Shown here: piece by piece, positions 14,511-29,089 of the stretch
Position numbering within the stretch: position 1 is the stretch's first letter
Layout: the number at the start of each line of letters is the position of its first letter
Program-made: the position numbers and the translations under genes
The notes under the pieces: generated by a model
The model's database searches: none
The model's input: only the letters and a program-made list of their open reading frames with translations
What the model was told of the DNA's origin: nothing
From: the human T2T-CHM13v2.0 reference genome, Homo sapiens
Reading direction: 5' to 3' (one strand)
Length of the DNA stretch: 64,000 nucleotides
Assembly (NCBI RefSeq): GCF_009914755.1
Contig: NC_060932.1

Positions 14511-17500
14511 AATATTCACTAAGACAAGATTGGCTGTTTTTGGTGGTGAAACTATGGATTAAAAATATTTATTCTGAAAATTTAAAACACGTGCAAGCCA
14601 TACTTTTAAAATGCCAAAAACATTTTAAAGGCCATAATGCAAAAGCCTGCCAAAGTTCCTCAGCATATCACCTTTTATTGAAAAGAAGGTGCTAGGGCAT
14701 ACTTGGGTAATCTGTACCCAGATATAAGTGAGGATTTGGAATATACACAAGAATGTATGTCAGACGATGCTTGGCTTCTATTCACTCTATTCATTTTTAC
14801 CATATGGGATGTTCTTTTCCAGGAACCCAGAGGAACTCCTACATTTTTGAAGCCACAAGATCATCTCATACATTTAGCAATAGCGGTGTTGAATTGCAGT
14901 GCTGATCAGCTGCAAAGGAGAAATCCCGGTGTAATTTAAGAAGAGCAGTAACCCTAGAAACATTTCATTTAAGGCTCCTGGCATTTATTTTTTGGTTGTA
15001 TGTCTCCTGTGGATCCTGATTTTTTTTTTTCTGATTCACAATGCTAGTGTTATCATCTGACATCCTATTACTGGCTATTTCTTGCTAGTTAAATGATGTA
15101 GCTACTAGAGAATGGCTCTCATGAATAATACAGAGAGACTTGTTGCCTTCTTAGCACTGTTATTTCTTTGGAGATTCTGCAGTTTTACCCTTAGTGGATT
15201 TAGAGTGGCATTAGTTTAGAATAGTTTTACCCTAATGACAGACTATTATTGAAGATTCATCCATCCCCTACCAAACAGCCTCCTCTGTTAATTTAAAAGC
15301 TCCTTGAAGGCAGAAATTTTGGCTAGGCACCTACAACATTACTGTTTATGTATTCTATAAATCATAAAAGAATGACTTTCTGAATGACTCATTAATGTCA
15401 GGCCAGGAAACAAATGGTGACTCAGGCAGGAGAGAGGTGTGCAGCCAGGCATGTGTTCTGGGTACTGGAGTCCATATAGCCCTGGAGGTTTTGCGTGTGC
15501 AACTTGAGAAGGGTGCCATTTGGTGGTACAATTTTCTGAATTACTTCATGGATGTTTTTAATGATCATTTATCCACAGGGAAACTCATCTCTGCTAGAAG
15601 CCTAACGTTCTGAGTACCACCTGATACTTCTATGGTGGAGTCTTAAACTTTGGGTAGTCCTAACATGGAGACCACATGGTATTAGCAGGGGACCTTACCC
15701 ACTACAGAAACCACCAGGAATTTTTCTAGGTCCCCAGGAAGGAGCGGAAGGGAGTACATTCTCACATGCCATTTTGCTTTATTCTAGTGACTAGGTTAAA
15801 CTTTATGCTGCTCATTTTATTTTGTTGCCCATTTATGTGGAGAACTATTATAGTTACATTTGCACTGCTAATTCTAGTGTTTGTACATGATATTTGATCT
15901 TAACTATCTTGTAAATAAGGACTGTGAAAACTGTTTTGAAGGCGGTATGTATTTATCCTCAATTCTCTTGACCTCTTTGGAAAGTTAAATGTTTTATGTT
16001 GTAGTCATGTTCGTGAGGCAGCTTACAAACATTGAGGAAGGGAGAAGAGGTAAAATCTAATTTGACCAACTGGACAGCTGAAGCTAATTGTGTCACAAAG
16101 TTGCTTAGTGACCCCATTCAGAGTGCTTGAGAAAAGGATTGCAATGTGGAATTTATAGTGTTTTTTAAAGAAAAATGTAAAGCAGCCAGACACTATTTTA
16201 CTGATAGTATTGGGTAAGCACACATCATTTTTCCTATAAATCCAGCAGCTTTCTCCCTACAACAACAAAATACCTTTTTTACCCTGAACTCTGTCTATGG
16301 TCAACCAAGCCAGAGCCGTATCACATTCTCTTGGTACCACTAAGGACTTTCTACAATCAATCCTCCCTCTCCCGCACAGCAGACTGGAGATGCCCGCCCA
16401 CCACAGTTCATGTTACCTTATTACACAGATGCCAAAGAGCACCAAGAGTCACCTGTGGACACACTGGTATCTGTCCTAACTTCTCTTGCTGTCATTTACC
16501 AGTTCAGTGAGTTCCCACTCCTGGAGCTCTCTACTGGCCCCATACCATTTAAGCACAGTATTCTGGCAAAATGCATAAAAGAAACACGTAAGACTCATGA
16601 AAGTCGCACAATTCAGCCTGCTGGAGAAAGGTAGAGTTATGCGTTGAACTAAAATGATCAGAAAGAGGCAAGAAAAAATGAACACTTCTCACTTCCTGGC
16701 TTCAAATGACAATGTAGTCTATTTTTAGTGGCAAACACCAACCCCTCACAGAAGTGAGGCTGATTCAGAAATGATCTTCTTGACCCGTTTTTATTTACTT
16801 TCAGTTCAGATAGTTCACGGTCTTTGGAGACTCAAAACAGATAGAAAGTTGAAGGAAAACCTGTTGTTTATCTCTTTTGGGGCTTTTAGAAGGATCCAGA
16901 ATATATTTCTGAGTATAAAAACAAAATATCTCTTCTCCTTTCTCTAGAAACGTTAAAGGTAACCATTTTCTAACCATGAAAGTATCTCTCCTTTTTATGT
17001 AACTATGTTTTAAAAGATACTTCCCAAGATTTTTATTGTTGATTTAATAATGCCACAAGTGACAAGTATTACATTAGATCTGATGTCATCTAAGAATAAG
17101 TCACTTTAGTTTTATTATAAGAACCACTAAAAATGGCATCAAATATTAATGAGGAAGCAGGTTCTCTTTATTGCTAGATACACCTGTAAAGCACCAAAAG
17201 AAAAATTGTTCCTATTTTTAATGTAGCTCTAGTTTTTATTTATGCACCCTTGCACATTTAGCTTTATTTTCTTTGGCCATGCTATTTTTCTAAATTGAAA
17301 ACAAAAAATTTAACAGTAAAACAAAATAAGTAAACACATAATATAAATTGTCTAATTTAAATGCTTTAAGTCAACATTTAAGAACTATTTTAATGGCTAA
17401 GTCATTGTTCCAATTTTAAGTAGCTTCAGCATTCTGACTTGGTCTCTACAAAGTACTTATGGTGTTCTTACTAAAAATAAAAAGGAAAGGGAATTATTTT

Positions 17501-20249
17501 GCCTTTTAATTCTTATCCTATTATTTTCAATTTATAAGTACATTAAATACATAATGTATGTCTTTTGTATCTCTCCTCTCTGAATATGTACCTACTTATA
17601 TCCATGAGATGATACTCTACACAAACTCCTAGCAATTGCTATTCTACTTTGAATCACAAAGAATATATTATCTTTAAAAAAGTGCTATTTAAATAATTAA
17701 TCTTGAGATAGGAGTTATCAGAAGACAGTGCAACTATTTCAGAAAGCATGACTAGTTCCTCAGGATATGCTACCTACATTTTGAATTTCTGGAATAAAAG
17801 AAAATAAGGTTCCTAAACTCTCTCTGTACTAATCCTACATGGGCAGCTAAGCCTCCCTGGCAAGCAATTACTGGGAGTTGTGGTAGCCCAGTGAGGTGTG
17901 TTGCTAACAATGTGAGCAGGTTTATGAGATTTATTCGTCCATGTGAAAATCTTGTTAAGTATGCTCAAATCAAGGACAAATCTTTGGGCAGTATCAATCA
18001 AAAGAAAGAAAAATACTCATTCAGTGCACCTTAAACAATTCCTTACTTAGAATGCTAATATTACAGCCACAAACAGGACCTGAATGTCATTTAAAAATTC
18101 TCCCCATCCAAGATCTTTTGTTTTGGGGGAAAATAAGCTGAAAAACAGGAATGAGCACTCTGAATACATGAGTGGTTTATTTTTAAGACCCCATGCTGGC
18201 TGCCCACAAGGAAAGGATTAAGGTTAAGCTTTGAAAATTAGCTTCCTATCTTGAAAGGAAAAACTATGCTGAAACATTGTTTTTTTAAAAAATAAAAAAT
18301 AAAAAACACATAAACACATAACCAAAAGTGTTATCCAAATGATCTGTACAACTTACGAGACCCAAAGGTTCCATTATTGTGTTTTCTCCTGTCTAAAGGG
18401 AGCAATATCATCAATAAAATATTAACTTTTTTCAAGGTTTAAGGCCCTATCACTGGGCTACTTAGATATGAAATATCAGATTTTGGGAGTTGGATGTGAT
18501 TCTCTTGCCAATTAAGAAATAATACAGATTACCAAGAGAGACTGTATACACATAAAAAATAAACCATGGTTAAACTACTGCCTGAATGATCTGGAAAAAC
18601 ACCCCCAAAACCCTCAAACTTGTGGTGGGGCTAATCAGGTCATTTTTACTGATTAGATACGTGACACTCGATTGTGTTAATTTTCTCCTTACTTAAGAGA
18701 CTCCCTTTCAACACCATGAAAATAATACTCAAGTAGAGAATAAGAGAAAGAACTTCAACATTCCAAAGACTAATTTTGACTGTGGAGAAAACCCAGTGAA
18801 TCTCAAACATGGGCCAACTGCCAAGAAGTGGTACAAAGAGGGAGGAAGAAGAATAAAGCCAGCATGGACCTGGCCAAATTGGCTTCAACACCAAGGGGCC
18901 CATGGGGTGCTAAGGGAAAGGCTAAACAGCTAAATCCAGTCGAAAGACCTATCAGGATTTCATTTGTAATGACTCTCCTACCTCCCTCCTTCCTACAGAG
19001 TGTTCCAGCCACTTTTTAGGCCTTTATTATTTTCTACCAGAGGACTGCACAATAGTTTTCCTTGCTATTAAATCGGTCTTCCAAATGTACACTTCCAGCA
19101 TGTCCCTCCATTGCCATCATGTTCTTCCATCATGTCCCTAATTCATGGCATTCCCATGCCCACAGAACGAAATCCTGGCACTCAATGCTCTCTCTAAGCC
19201 TGGGTCAATTACAAGACTGGTGTTGCCAGTTGATGGATCTGCCTTTTGGACAGATAATTTAATTTTTCTGAGCTACACTTTTCTTATTGGCAAAAAGAAG
19301 GAGCTCATTGGATAATAAGTGTGAGATAGCAGTGTAAACCATAAAAGTTGAATAAAGATGCAGTCTTTTTATTACTGATCCAACACATTTTCTGCTACTA
19401 TTCTTCCTCAAGTCTAATCCCCTAAATATACTTTATCACTATTTACCCTTTTTGCTTATGATTTCTGCCATTTGTAATTCTCTGTTTCCCACTCCCTCTT
19501 TGCTGCCTGGAATAACAAAGTCTGCATGGTTTCCTGCTTCCTCCTCTGAACCCCCAAAGTAAGCAATAAATAATAGCTCTTGTTCATGAAGTACTTATGA
19601 GTATTTTTCTAGGTGGTTCACATTGTTCCCCTAACAGCCCTGTAATTGCTCCCATTTTATAGGCTGCTTTTTCCAAGGCCACAGAGCAAGGGAGGTCCAA
19701 AGTTGCAGGTGGCAGGCCAGTGCAGTGGTTAAGGAGCTGTGATGATTCCTGTTCATTCACTGCATTCCCTTTTATATTCATGAACAAGAACAGTAAGGCT
19801 GTGTTCCATTAAACAGCAAGAATGTACATTTCCGCTGTATACTACTGGTAGTGAGGCAGAGGGGCTGGCTGTTAAAGGAAAAGAGAGAAACCTTCAAGAT
19901 ATGGCCAGAAGAGAGATGAAGCATGCCTGTTTGGCTGGCATTTGAAAAAATGTGCTTCTGTTTGTTTTGAGAGTTTAGATTCTATGTCACTCTACAGCAT
20001 AAAGAGGTTTCATATATAGACACATATATTATTTCATCCTTTTTATCTAATTTGGCATTGATATACAAGGAAGAAAATAAAATCAGGGCTCTGTCCTTTG
20101 GGATTAGATTGGCCATCATCACTCCAGAGCCACCACTCACATAGCCTGGGGCTTGGCTCTGTCAGTGTGGCTAGAGCTGCAAGGTGGGTTGAAAGTGTGC
20201 TTTGGGTTTCATTCGTTGGTCAAATAGTTGAGAACTGGGCTGTGAGTGC

Positions 20250-20640
20250 TACCTGTTCACTAAAACCCATTCTCTGTTTCTTCCTGGGCACACAGGAAGG
20301 CTGAATCGCCCAGCCTCCCCTGCACTGGGTCATTTGACTGAGGTCAATGGCACAGGCAGAGGTGTGTGCCTGTCTCAGCCTAGCTTACAAAGCCTCCCAT
20401 TCACACTGCCCCTGCCTCCACCCCCTCCCCTGGGGATTGAATGCTAATGATCCCAGAAGCTTCAAAAGCTGCATGATGAAAATGGCACTACTATTATTTG
20501 TACCACCAAACCATGCCCAAACCAAGCAACCTGGAACATCCCCACTCTAGACAACTAAACAAGAGACAGATTTCTTTTGTTTGTGCCATTATATTTTAGA
20601 TCTGTTTGTAACAGCCATTTCACCTACCCTAATGAATTCA
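20250..20640 (+). mobile_element. MLT1-type MaLR LTR, degraded
   Basis: ttcttcctgggcacacagg...cccagcctcccctgca...tgtttgtaacagc motifs; boundaries approximate. Confidence 0.5.
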
Positions 20641-20789
20641 CGTGAGGGTCTGTGTTTCCTTGGGGCCCCAGGCGCATGTATGCACTGCCTGCATTGAGTT
20701 CACGGTCTAGTCACATTGTTGCTGTCATTGAATTGTCCCGGAAGGCAGGAGGAAAATGAACCAGTGCAAAGCTCAGAGCATCACCTACA

Positions 20790-21225
20790 GCAGAGGCAGG
20801 CAGACAGCCTTTCTCTCTAAAGGGACAGGGAGTATTTCTATCTTTGCAGGCCATATCATCTCTGACACACATTCTTCCTTGTGCTTTTATTTTTTTAAAT
20901 TACACTTTAAAAACTTAAACAACATTCTTAAAGGCCTGACAGAAGCAGACCATAAACCAGATTTGACCTATGGGGTATGGTCTGTCAATCCTCGGTCTAG
21001 AGTTTTTAAAACCAAAAGAAAAATATTTCATAAGACATGAACATTATATAAAATTCAAATTTGGGAGCATTCAATCAAGTTTCATTGGAACACAGCCACA
21101 TTTATTCATTGGTTGCTTTTGCACTACTAAGGCAGAACTGTGTAGTTATGGCAAGCATATGGCCCGCAAAGCCTGAAATATTTACTATCTGTTGCTTTAC
21201 AGAAAATGTTTGCCAACCCTTGGAC
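20790..21225. mobile_element. MER58-family hAT fragments
   Basis: tatggcccgcaaagcctgaaatatttactatctg...tttacagaaaatgtttgccaaccc terminal motif. Confidence 0.65.
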
Positions 21226-21704
21226 TGGAGGTTCCAAAAGGGAGATCATCCTGGTTAAGTAACCAGATCTCCTGCAACCCAGTGAGGACACTGGTGTCCT
21301 ACTGCTCTGGTGCCATGCTAAGAGTTTAGCTTCTTCATCAACCACCATGGAAGAAAATCCTCCACCAAAAGAGCTTGGAGTTGTGTTGTCCCCTAAAGCA
21401 GAGTAGGAACAACAATCTCTACTGGCGAACTGAGCTGTTCTGATGAAATGGGCGATATAAACTGCTTTCAGTTTTTCTTTCCTCAAGGTACTGAATGATC
21501 ACAGAAACACACCCACAAGGGAGGCTGTTTATCTAAACTCACTATGACAAGTGAGATCCTCTTAGAAGCCTAGTGAGTTATAAAACAAATACTCTAGAGA
21601 GCAACTACAAGTTCAATAGGTGACACATGCTTTCCTTTCTTACTATCGGTTGTTGCCATTAATAAGACTCTGTGCATGGACTTTTACATTCGTGAGCAAT
21701 TCAA

Positions 21705-22006
21705 TTTTTTTTTTTTTTTGAGACAGGATCTTACTCTGTCACCCAGGCTGGAATGCAGTAGTGCAATCATAGTTCACTGCAGCCTTGACCTCCCAGGCTC
21801 AAGCGATCCTCCTACCTCAGCCCTCCCAAGCAGCTAGGACTACACGCATGTGCCACCACACCCAGCTAATTTTTGTATTTTTTTTTTGTAGCGATGGACT
21901 CTTGCCATGTTACCCAGGCTTGTCTTGAACTCCTGAGCTCAAGTGATCTACCCGCCTCAGCCTCCCAAAGTGCTGGGATTACACGCATAAACCACCATGC
22001 TGGGCC
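21705..22006 (-). mobile_element. AluJ
   Basis: Poly-T plus Alu reverse complement with J-type features (cactgcagccttgacctcccaggctcaagcgatcctcc). Confidence 0.9.
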
Positions 22007-22049
22007 AAATTCATGATACAATTTAATTTTTAAAACAATTCCGCAAGTC

Positions 22050-22520
22050 ACGTAGCTGGCTTTATGGATAAGAAAATTGAGGCTCAGTAAGAATAAATAA
22101 TTTGCCTAAGGTCAAAGAGGTGAAAAGTCAGAGCTTGGATTTGAGTCTAGATCTACTTGAATTCAAATCCGATCCTCTTTCTATCACACTCTAAGGCATA
22201 GCGTATACTTGTAATTCATAAATTTGAGGACACTGCCACCATGTTACTCACTGGCCACTATGCAGGAATTCAAGTTTTTGTTTTTGTTTTGTTTTTTTTT
22301 TGATAGTGAAGCTTCACCTACTTTCAAATATAACTGGTATTTGTTGAAATTTTTTTTTATGCTAGACATGGTGCTGAGTATTTATTACATTGGGTCTCTA
22401 ACCTCTCCCGTTTCAATTTTCTCATCTATAAAATAGGCTTGATAACAGCACCTTTGGAGCATTAATGTTGAATTAAATGAATGCTGGGCATATAGAAAGT
22501 TCTTAATAGGGCCTATGATT
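22050..22520. mobile_element. MIR fragments
   Basis: gaaaattgaggctcag...ttgcctaaggtca and tcaattttctcatctataaaatagg core motifs. Confidence 0.6.
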
Positions 22521-23819
22521 AAACATACTAAGCTTTACACTATCTTAAGTGTTCATGTTTTGTTTTTTGTTGAAAATGAAAAGTGAATATCCATATTTTT
22601 AAGATCCATTCTAGCCCAAATCACTGTGAGACACAGACATTAAACAATAAAAAGATAGTGTTGAAACAATCAAGGCGTTGAGTGTAGATATCTTGGGTAA
22701 TCCTCCCACAGGAGGGGGACCATGCCTGAGACATCAGCACAATTTTGATTTGAAATACAAGTTTTGGGTGTGCACTTTGATAACAATAATTGAATTACAT
22801 TGTTTATTATAAGGAGACCATTCAATGAAAAATAACCCAAGAATAGTTTTCTTCAATGACATTCTGGAATTTGTTATTAGTTTTAAAGCAACTTTTAAAA
22901 ATGCATTAAACAAAAACAGCTAGGTCAGATACTATTTAAAACATCCTAGTTTACGTAGCACTCACAAGCTCTTCAATTTCCTAACATCTTACTTGTTTTC
23001 CTCAGCCATGGCTGACTGTGCCCAGCACCCTCTTTTGTCCCTATCACCTTTGTTATAAAACAAGACTTTCTTATAACACCCAACGTGCCTTCTTCCCACA
23101 GCTAGGATTACACGGAAGGTGGGACATTCTCAAACTTTTTTTTGGTACACATTGCTGTAACATGCCCTAATTTTGCATTGTATCAACCAGATCCTGTGTC
23201 CTCTTACTGAATGGCCTACTCATTGAGTTGCCTAAGCCACTGTGACTAAGCTACTTCTCAAGTATCTGGTTCCCTTAGAGACAGAACAGCGATCACATTG
23301 TCAGGCATTCATTCTTTATATACATGTAGAGTAAGGCTCAGCCACATGCTCCCCTTGACAATGCCCAGGAACACCACCAAATCTGTGCTCCTAAAAAGAA
23401 GTCTTGTCACTGAACTCCTTTAAGACTTTTCTCCTCAGTGCCCTGGGGGAAACAAAAGGACTGCAAGACACTCTGATCAGCTTGCTTATTATTATTGTTT
23501 GGAAGAATCCTTGTTGAATCACATTTTTACAAAGCTTGATGATCAGATTTGAGAGCCAATTCTTATCAACTGTAATGATTTCTAATGAGGAAATCATTAA
23601 GTAGACTTCCTTGCATGCTTCCAGCTACAATTCAACATCCTAAACCATGCATCTTCAAAAGTCACCTGGCCAGGAAAAGACACCTCCAGGCAATGAGACA
23701 ACAGGCTGACCGCAAGTGTTCAGTACAAGGAAGGTGCTCAAAAAATGTTTAGGAAGAAATCAAGCTAAGAGACTCCAAGGAGCCTCTAACCCTAATCTGT
23801 GCAATGTTGACTGTGAATC

Positions 23820-24600
23820 TGCCATCTCCTGTACTGACTAGTCCCCCCAGTGCCCTGGGCTCACCTTCCAGTGGTTTCCTTGCCTGGTCCAAGCAGTTGT
23901 CTAATAAGCATCTGAAACTTGTCCAACACTGAACTCTCCCTTCCCTCCAAATTGAATTCTTTACTATTTCAACAAATATACGACTATTTTCTCAGTTGCC
24001 CAGGACAACACAGGAATCATCTTTCACTTCTCTGTCTTGTTTACTACCCACCACTCCAATCAATTCAAATCATTTCTAAATCCAGTTCTCTACCTGCAAT
24101 GTAATCCAGAGTCCAAATAATTCTTTCCATCTCTACTGCTGGTGCCTCAGATCACTGCTACAACCTCCAATTTGGACCCCCATTTTTCTTCCACTACCAT
24201 TCATTCTTCACACTTAGCTAAAGTAAAATGTAAATCAGATCTTCTCATCTCCTCCATTGTGGTCCCCCGATGACTTCCCATGGCACATGCAGTGAGATTA
24301 GCCCTGTTGACTGTGTGTGGCTGGGAGGCCCTTTGGAACCTGCCTTCATCCCTGACCACATCTCATTGACTCTCCATCTCCATCACTAAGCTTGGTCTCA
24401 CTGGCCTCTGTCCATCAAACAGCAAAGCCTTTCTTGCCTCTGCACTTACTGTTTCTTCTGCTTACAACACCCTTTCTCCTGATGACCATACAGTAACTCC
24501 AGGCCTCAGACCCAAAGTCACATGCAGGAAGATCTTCCTCAGAAACCTGGCTTTCTGAAGTTCTTCCACAGCCCCATAAACTTATCAATGAAGGATACAC
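23820..24600 (+). mobile_element. L2 remnant
   Basis: gcatctgaaacttgtccaacactgaactc...aaaatgtaaatcagatc L2 motifs; boundaries approximate. Confidence 0.65.
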
Positions 24601-24682
24601 TTATATTTAAGAAACTCAAATAGCCTGTACTTCAGAGAGTATATAAATTTGGCTTTTGGAAATTATATGTGATAAAACTTTT

Positions 24683-24972
24683 GTTTTTTTTGAGATGGAG
24701 TCTTGCTCTGTTGCCCAGGCTGGAGCACAGTGGCGCGATCTCTGCTCACTGCAAGCTCCGCCTCCCAGGTTCACGCCGTTCTCCTGCCTCAGCTTCCTGA
24801 GTAGCTGGGACTACAGGCGCCTGCCACCACGCCTGGCTAATTTTTTGTATTTTTAGTAGAGACGGGGTTTCACTGTGTTAGCCAGGATGGTCTCGATCTC
24901 CTGACCTCGTGATCCACCCGCCTTGGCCTCCCAAAGTGCTGGGATTACAGGCATGAGCCACCGCGCCCGGCC
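24683..24972 (-). mobile_element. Full-length AluY
   Basis: AluY features (gcaagctccgcc, ttcacgcc, gttagccaggatggtctcgatctcctgacctcgtgatcc); TSD gataaaactttt. Confidence 0.93.
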
Positions 24973-26825
24973 GAGATAAAACTTTTTATCACATGACCTG
25001 GAATGAGAAAACTAAACTAAACAAACAAACAAATATATTACTACTTGAAGAAGCCTCAAAGTTCTAATGATTGACACATTAAAAAATTAAACTCATGGTA
25101 TTTGTAATACATTATTTAGAGAATGGTTTAGACATGAATGAAAAATTGTATGAAGCCAGGCATTTCTAGGTTAAGTGTAAGTTCCATGTGTAAGCCAATA
25201 ATTTATGGCCAAAGATTGAAAGTTCAGTAGGTCATGGGATGCCTAACTCCTTAACTCTAAGCTGGTCTCTTTCATTGGCTAATAGAATACTCTTAGATAA
25301 CTCTCTTTTGCGTCAATTTGGCCCTTAGCGAGAGCTTATAGGAGACTTTCTGGGTGGTTTTCAAATGCTCATTTTCTAAGTGCCTACTCTTTTCAACACT
25401 CTTGTGTGAGTTACAGGCACCAGTGGTCTCCTTAGAAGACAGGTGTAGGGATTTTATAATGGATCAGTTAAGGAGATCTTCAAGGTTCTGCCTACTAACT
25501 ACATGTTGATATTTCAGATATTAATCTTTAGTTTTTAAGTAGTAGTTTTTCTAGAAATAGGAACAGTGATAGTATTGACAGAAGAAATAATACAAGAAAA
25601 AGCACAGCTAATGTTTCTTGAATTCCTACTATGTGCTAATCACGCAGTAGAGACCATTTGGCTGATTGATTCTATGGCCTTATATTTTATAATCTGCATT
25701 TTTGTTGTCTTCTTATAGAGAATTTGCCTAACAATAAGATGAGACATACTGTGTTTTACTGATATATTATCTCGGAACAGGAATTAAAATGGTGGGATAT
25801 TATTGCTTCAGCCTATTTTTGATTAGGTGTACCTTTGAGATGATGAAAAGGAAATCTGGGCTGTGAAGCTAAATCCCCCAGACTGCATATCCATAGCAGA
25901 TACTCAGTGTGTATTTGTTAAAATAAATATTTGTTGAAAGAACAACCACCCGGTCAAATTTGTAATAACAGTATGTGCATTTTAATGGTATTAATTCTAA
26001 CACTTAATTATGATAAACTGCTGAAGTCACTGGGACATAATAAGAATTCAATCTCTAATGCTCCAAATAACTTAAAAAAACCTAAGACTTATTATTTCTT
26101 TACAGATGAAAACAAGAGAAATGAAATATTAGCAGGATAACTTGAGAAATTACCTATAGCTACTTTAAATAACATTTTTGCCTGGGAAAGACTTATGAAA
26201 TCATCAATATGCCAAAAAAGAAATTCCAAACTTTTGGGATACCCAAATGTACAACATGGAAACCAAAGTTTCACTCACAGAAGGTGGTCTATAATATTAT
26301 TCTTTATCTATAATACCAATATAAGTACTGTACAACTCTAACATGGTCCCACTGCCTTTCAGAGGATCAATCTTACATACCATTCAAATACATTTAACCC
26401 AAGTAGCAAAGGGACATATAGAGACATTTGTAGCAGTTGTTTTGAAGATAAAATACCAAAGCTTCTAATCACTGAGAACAACAGAAAGTGAAATATTTGC
26501 TCCATTAAATGTTAGGGAATAAAAAGACAGGAAAAGTAAAAGAGAACACGAAACATCTTTCTATGTCACTTATGTATTTTAATATTTCATCCTAGGATAA
26601 AATTCAATCACTTTTATTCACTGGGGTCTGAATAAGCATGACTTTAATTGAACAAAGTGTATCTTATTGCCAAAGACCTAAAAATAATATCTTCTTTGGC
26701 TCTTTTACATATTTTTTACCTTACATATATATATTTGACTATATAGTTCTTTTCCATTTATATTTTAAATTTGTTAAAGTTAAATTACATTCATTTGGAT
26801 AATAAACAAATTAGAGGTATATTTA

Positions 26826-26948
<123 letters not shown>

Positions 26949-27963
26949 CTACAAAGGAAGAACCAAATCAATGTGTCTTTGCCTTGGCTGAGAAAGCTGT
27001 TATTCAGTTAACTTCAACACGAAAAAGTCATCTTGAAACGGAAGATGAATGAAAAATCTGAATTTATTATTTCAAAAAAAACACAACTGTTTCAAAGAGT
27101 ATCTCCTAACTTTTCTCCAGATATAACTTTGGATGAGGTGCAAGAGGATAATTACATTTGTAATGTCAATATAAATATAGGAAAGAGATAATCTATGTCC
27201 TTTCTAATTCTGTAATAGAATTTCGGTCTCAGCTCTGAATAAATGAAAAAAATGAGTTATAGCTAGTCTGGTTATAACTTGAGATAGAGATGAGCAACTA
27301 ATCATATATCATTTATCTTTTCCTTACCTCTGATCTCTGTTCATTGAGAAGCACTAAAATAATGAATCTTATGTTTTACTCTTAGGAAGCCAAGTATTAA
27401 AATTGCATCCAAAGACTAAAACCTTACATAATAAATTCACCTTATGTTACCTATTGAGCTGTTATCAAAGGGATGGGATACACATTGTTCTTGCCAGGTT
27501 TTTTAAGTCTTTAGGGTATAGATATTTAACAAAATAAGCATACACATCACTCATGCTCTTAGACATACTCTTGAAGTATTTAAAATGGGAACTGAAGGAA
27601 TTCATTTCAAAAAGGTCTTTGGGATACCACAAAAAGCCTACCAAGCCTGTTTTACTTCTTCCTATTCCCACTCACACCAGTACATATTCATATACATAGA
27701 TTCTGCTAAAAGTTTCATTTTTTCAGCCAAAATAATCATGTTTTCCAACCATCAGATTTCACTCTGGCAAAAAGCAGAAACTTAGTTGCAGTGGATTCAA
27801 GGCTATGAAATCTACCACTCTTTAAGTTCTTACTTAATCCTTCCTGCTTTTGAACTCCCCCAAAATATGTCTCATTAGATGATTACTATTTCAGTTTAGA
27901 ACATTCCAGGTTTTCCTTTCTCAATATATATAAGTGTGTCTTTCATTTCAAAGTAGATTTTAT

Positions 27964-28245
27964 GGCTGGGCGTGGTGGCTCGTGCCTGTAATCCAGCACT
28001 TTGGGAGGCCGAGGTGGGTGGACCATGAGGTCAGGAGATGGAGACCATCCTGGCCAACATGGTGAAATGACGTCTCTACTAAAAATACAAAAATTAGCCG
28101 GGCTTGGTGCCTGTAGTCCCAGCTACTCGGGAGGCTGGGGCAGAAGAATCGCTTGAACCGGGAGGCAGAGGTTGCAGTGAGCCGAGATCACGCCATTGCA
28201 CTCTATGCTGGGTGACAAAGCAAGACTCCATCTTCAAAACAACAA
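27964..28245 (+). mobile_element. AluS (Sc-like) with a small internal deletion, antisense to EYA1
   Basis: ggctgggcgtggtggctc...; TSD aaagtagattttat / aaagtggattttat. Confidence 0.9.
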
Positions 28246-28259
28246 AAAGTGGATTTTAT

Positions 28260-28533
28260 TTATTTTTTGTATTTTTAATTTTTGTGGATACTAGGTGTAT
28301 ATAATTATGGGGTACATGAGATGTTTTGATATAGGCATGCAATGCGAAATAAGCACATCATGGAGAATGGGGTCTCTATCCCTTCAAGCATTTGTCCTTT
28401 GTGTTAAAAACAATCCAGGTACGCTCTTTTAGTTATTTGAAAATGTACAATTAAGTTATTATTGGCTATAGTCACCCTGTTGTGCTATCAAATAGTAGGT
28501 CTCACTCATTCTATTTTTTTTGTGCCTTTTAAC
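28260..28533 (-). mobile_element. L1MA (L1MA1/2-like) 3' end
   Basis: ggggtacatgagatgttttgatataggcatgcaatg...tatagtcaccctgttgtgctatcaaatagtaggtc; TSD aagtggatttta. Confidence 0.85.
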
Positions 28534-28855
28534 AAGTGGATTTTACCAAGTATTTTTAGTATGACACTTAATTAAAATGGCAATGATACAGATCAGCATA
28601 ACAGAATTTTGTTCAAGTAGAATTGCATAATTTACTATATTTCTTTAGAGAGAAACAGACCCTTTGCCATATAGTTCATAGGGAAGAAAAAACAAATTAT
28701 TGCTTAACCTATAGTTAATAAAGGAGAGAAAATATTACTTTATCTATTGTTAATATAAAAAAGAAAGCAGTAACAAAAGCATCTGATACCTTAACCACTG
28801 CTGTTTACGTAGCAGGTATGTAAAACCACCAGTTAGCTATTAAGACACCTTTCTA

Positions 28856-29089
<234 letters not shown>

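Noticed and set aside
15384-15426. Two AP-1 motifs (tgactca) about 30 bp apart
   Set aside because: Short common motif, partly in a repeat-like context, with no further support from sequence alone
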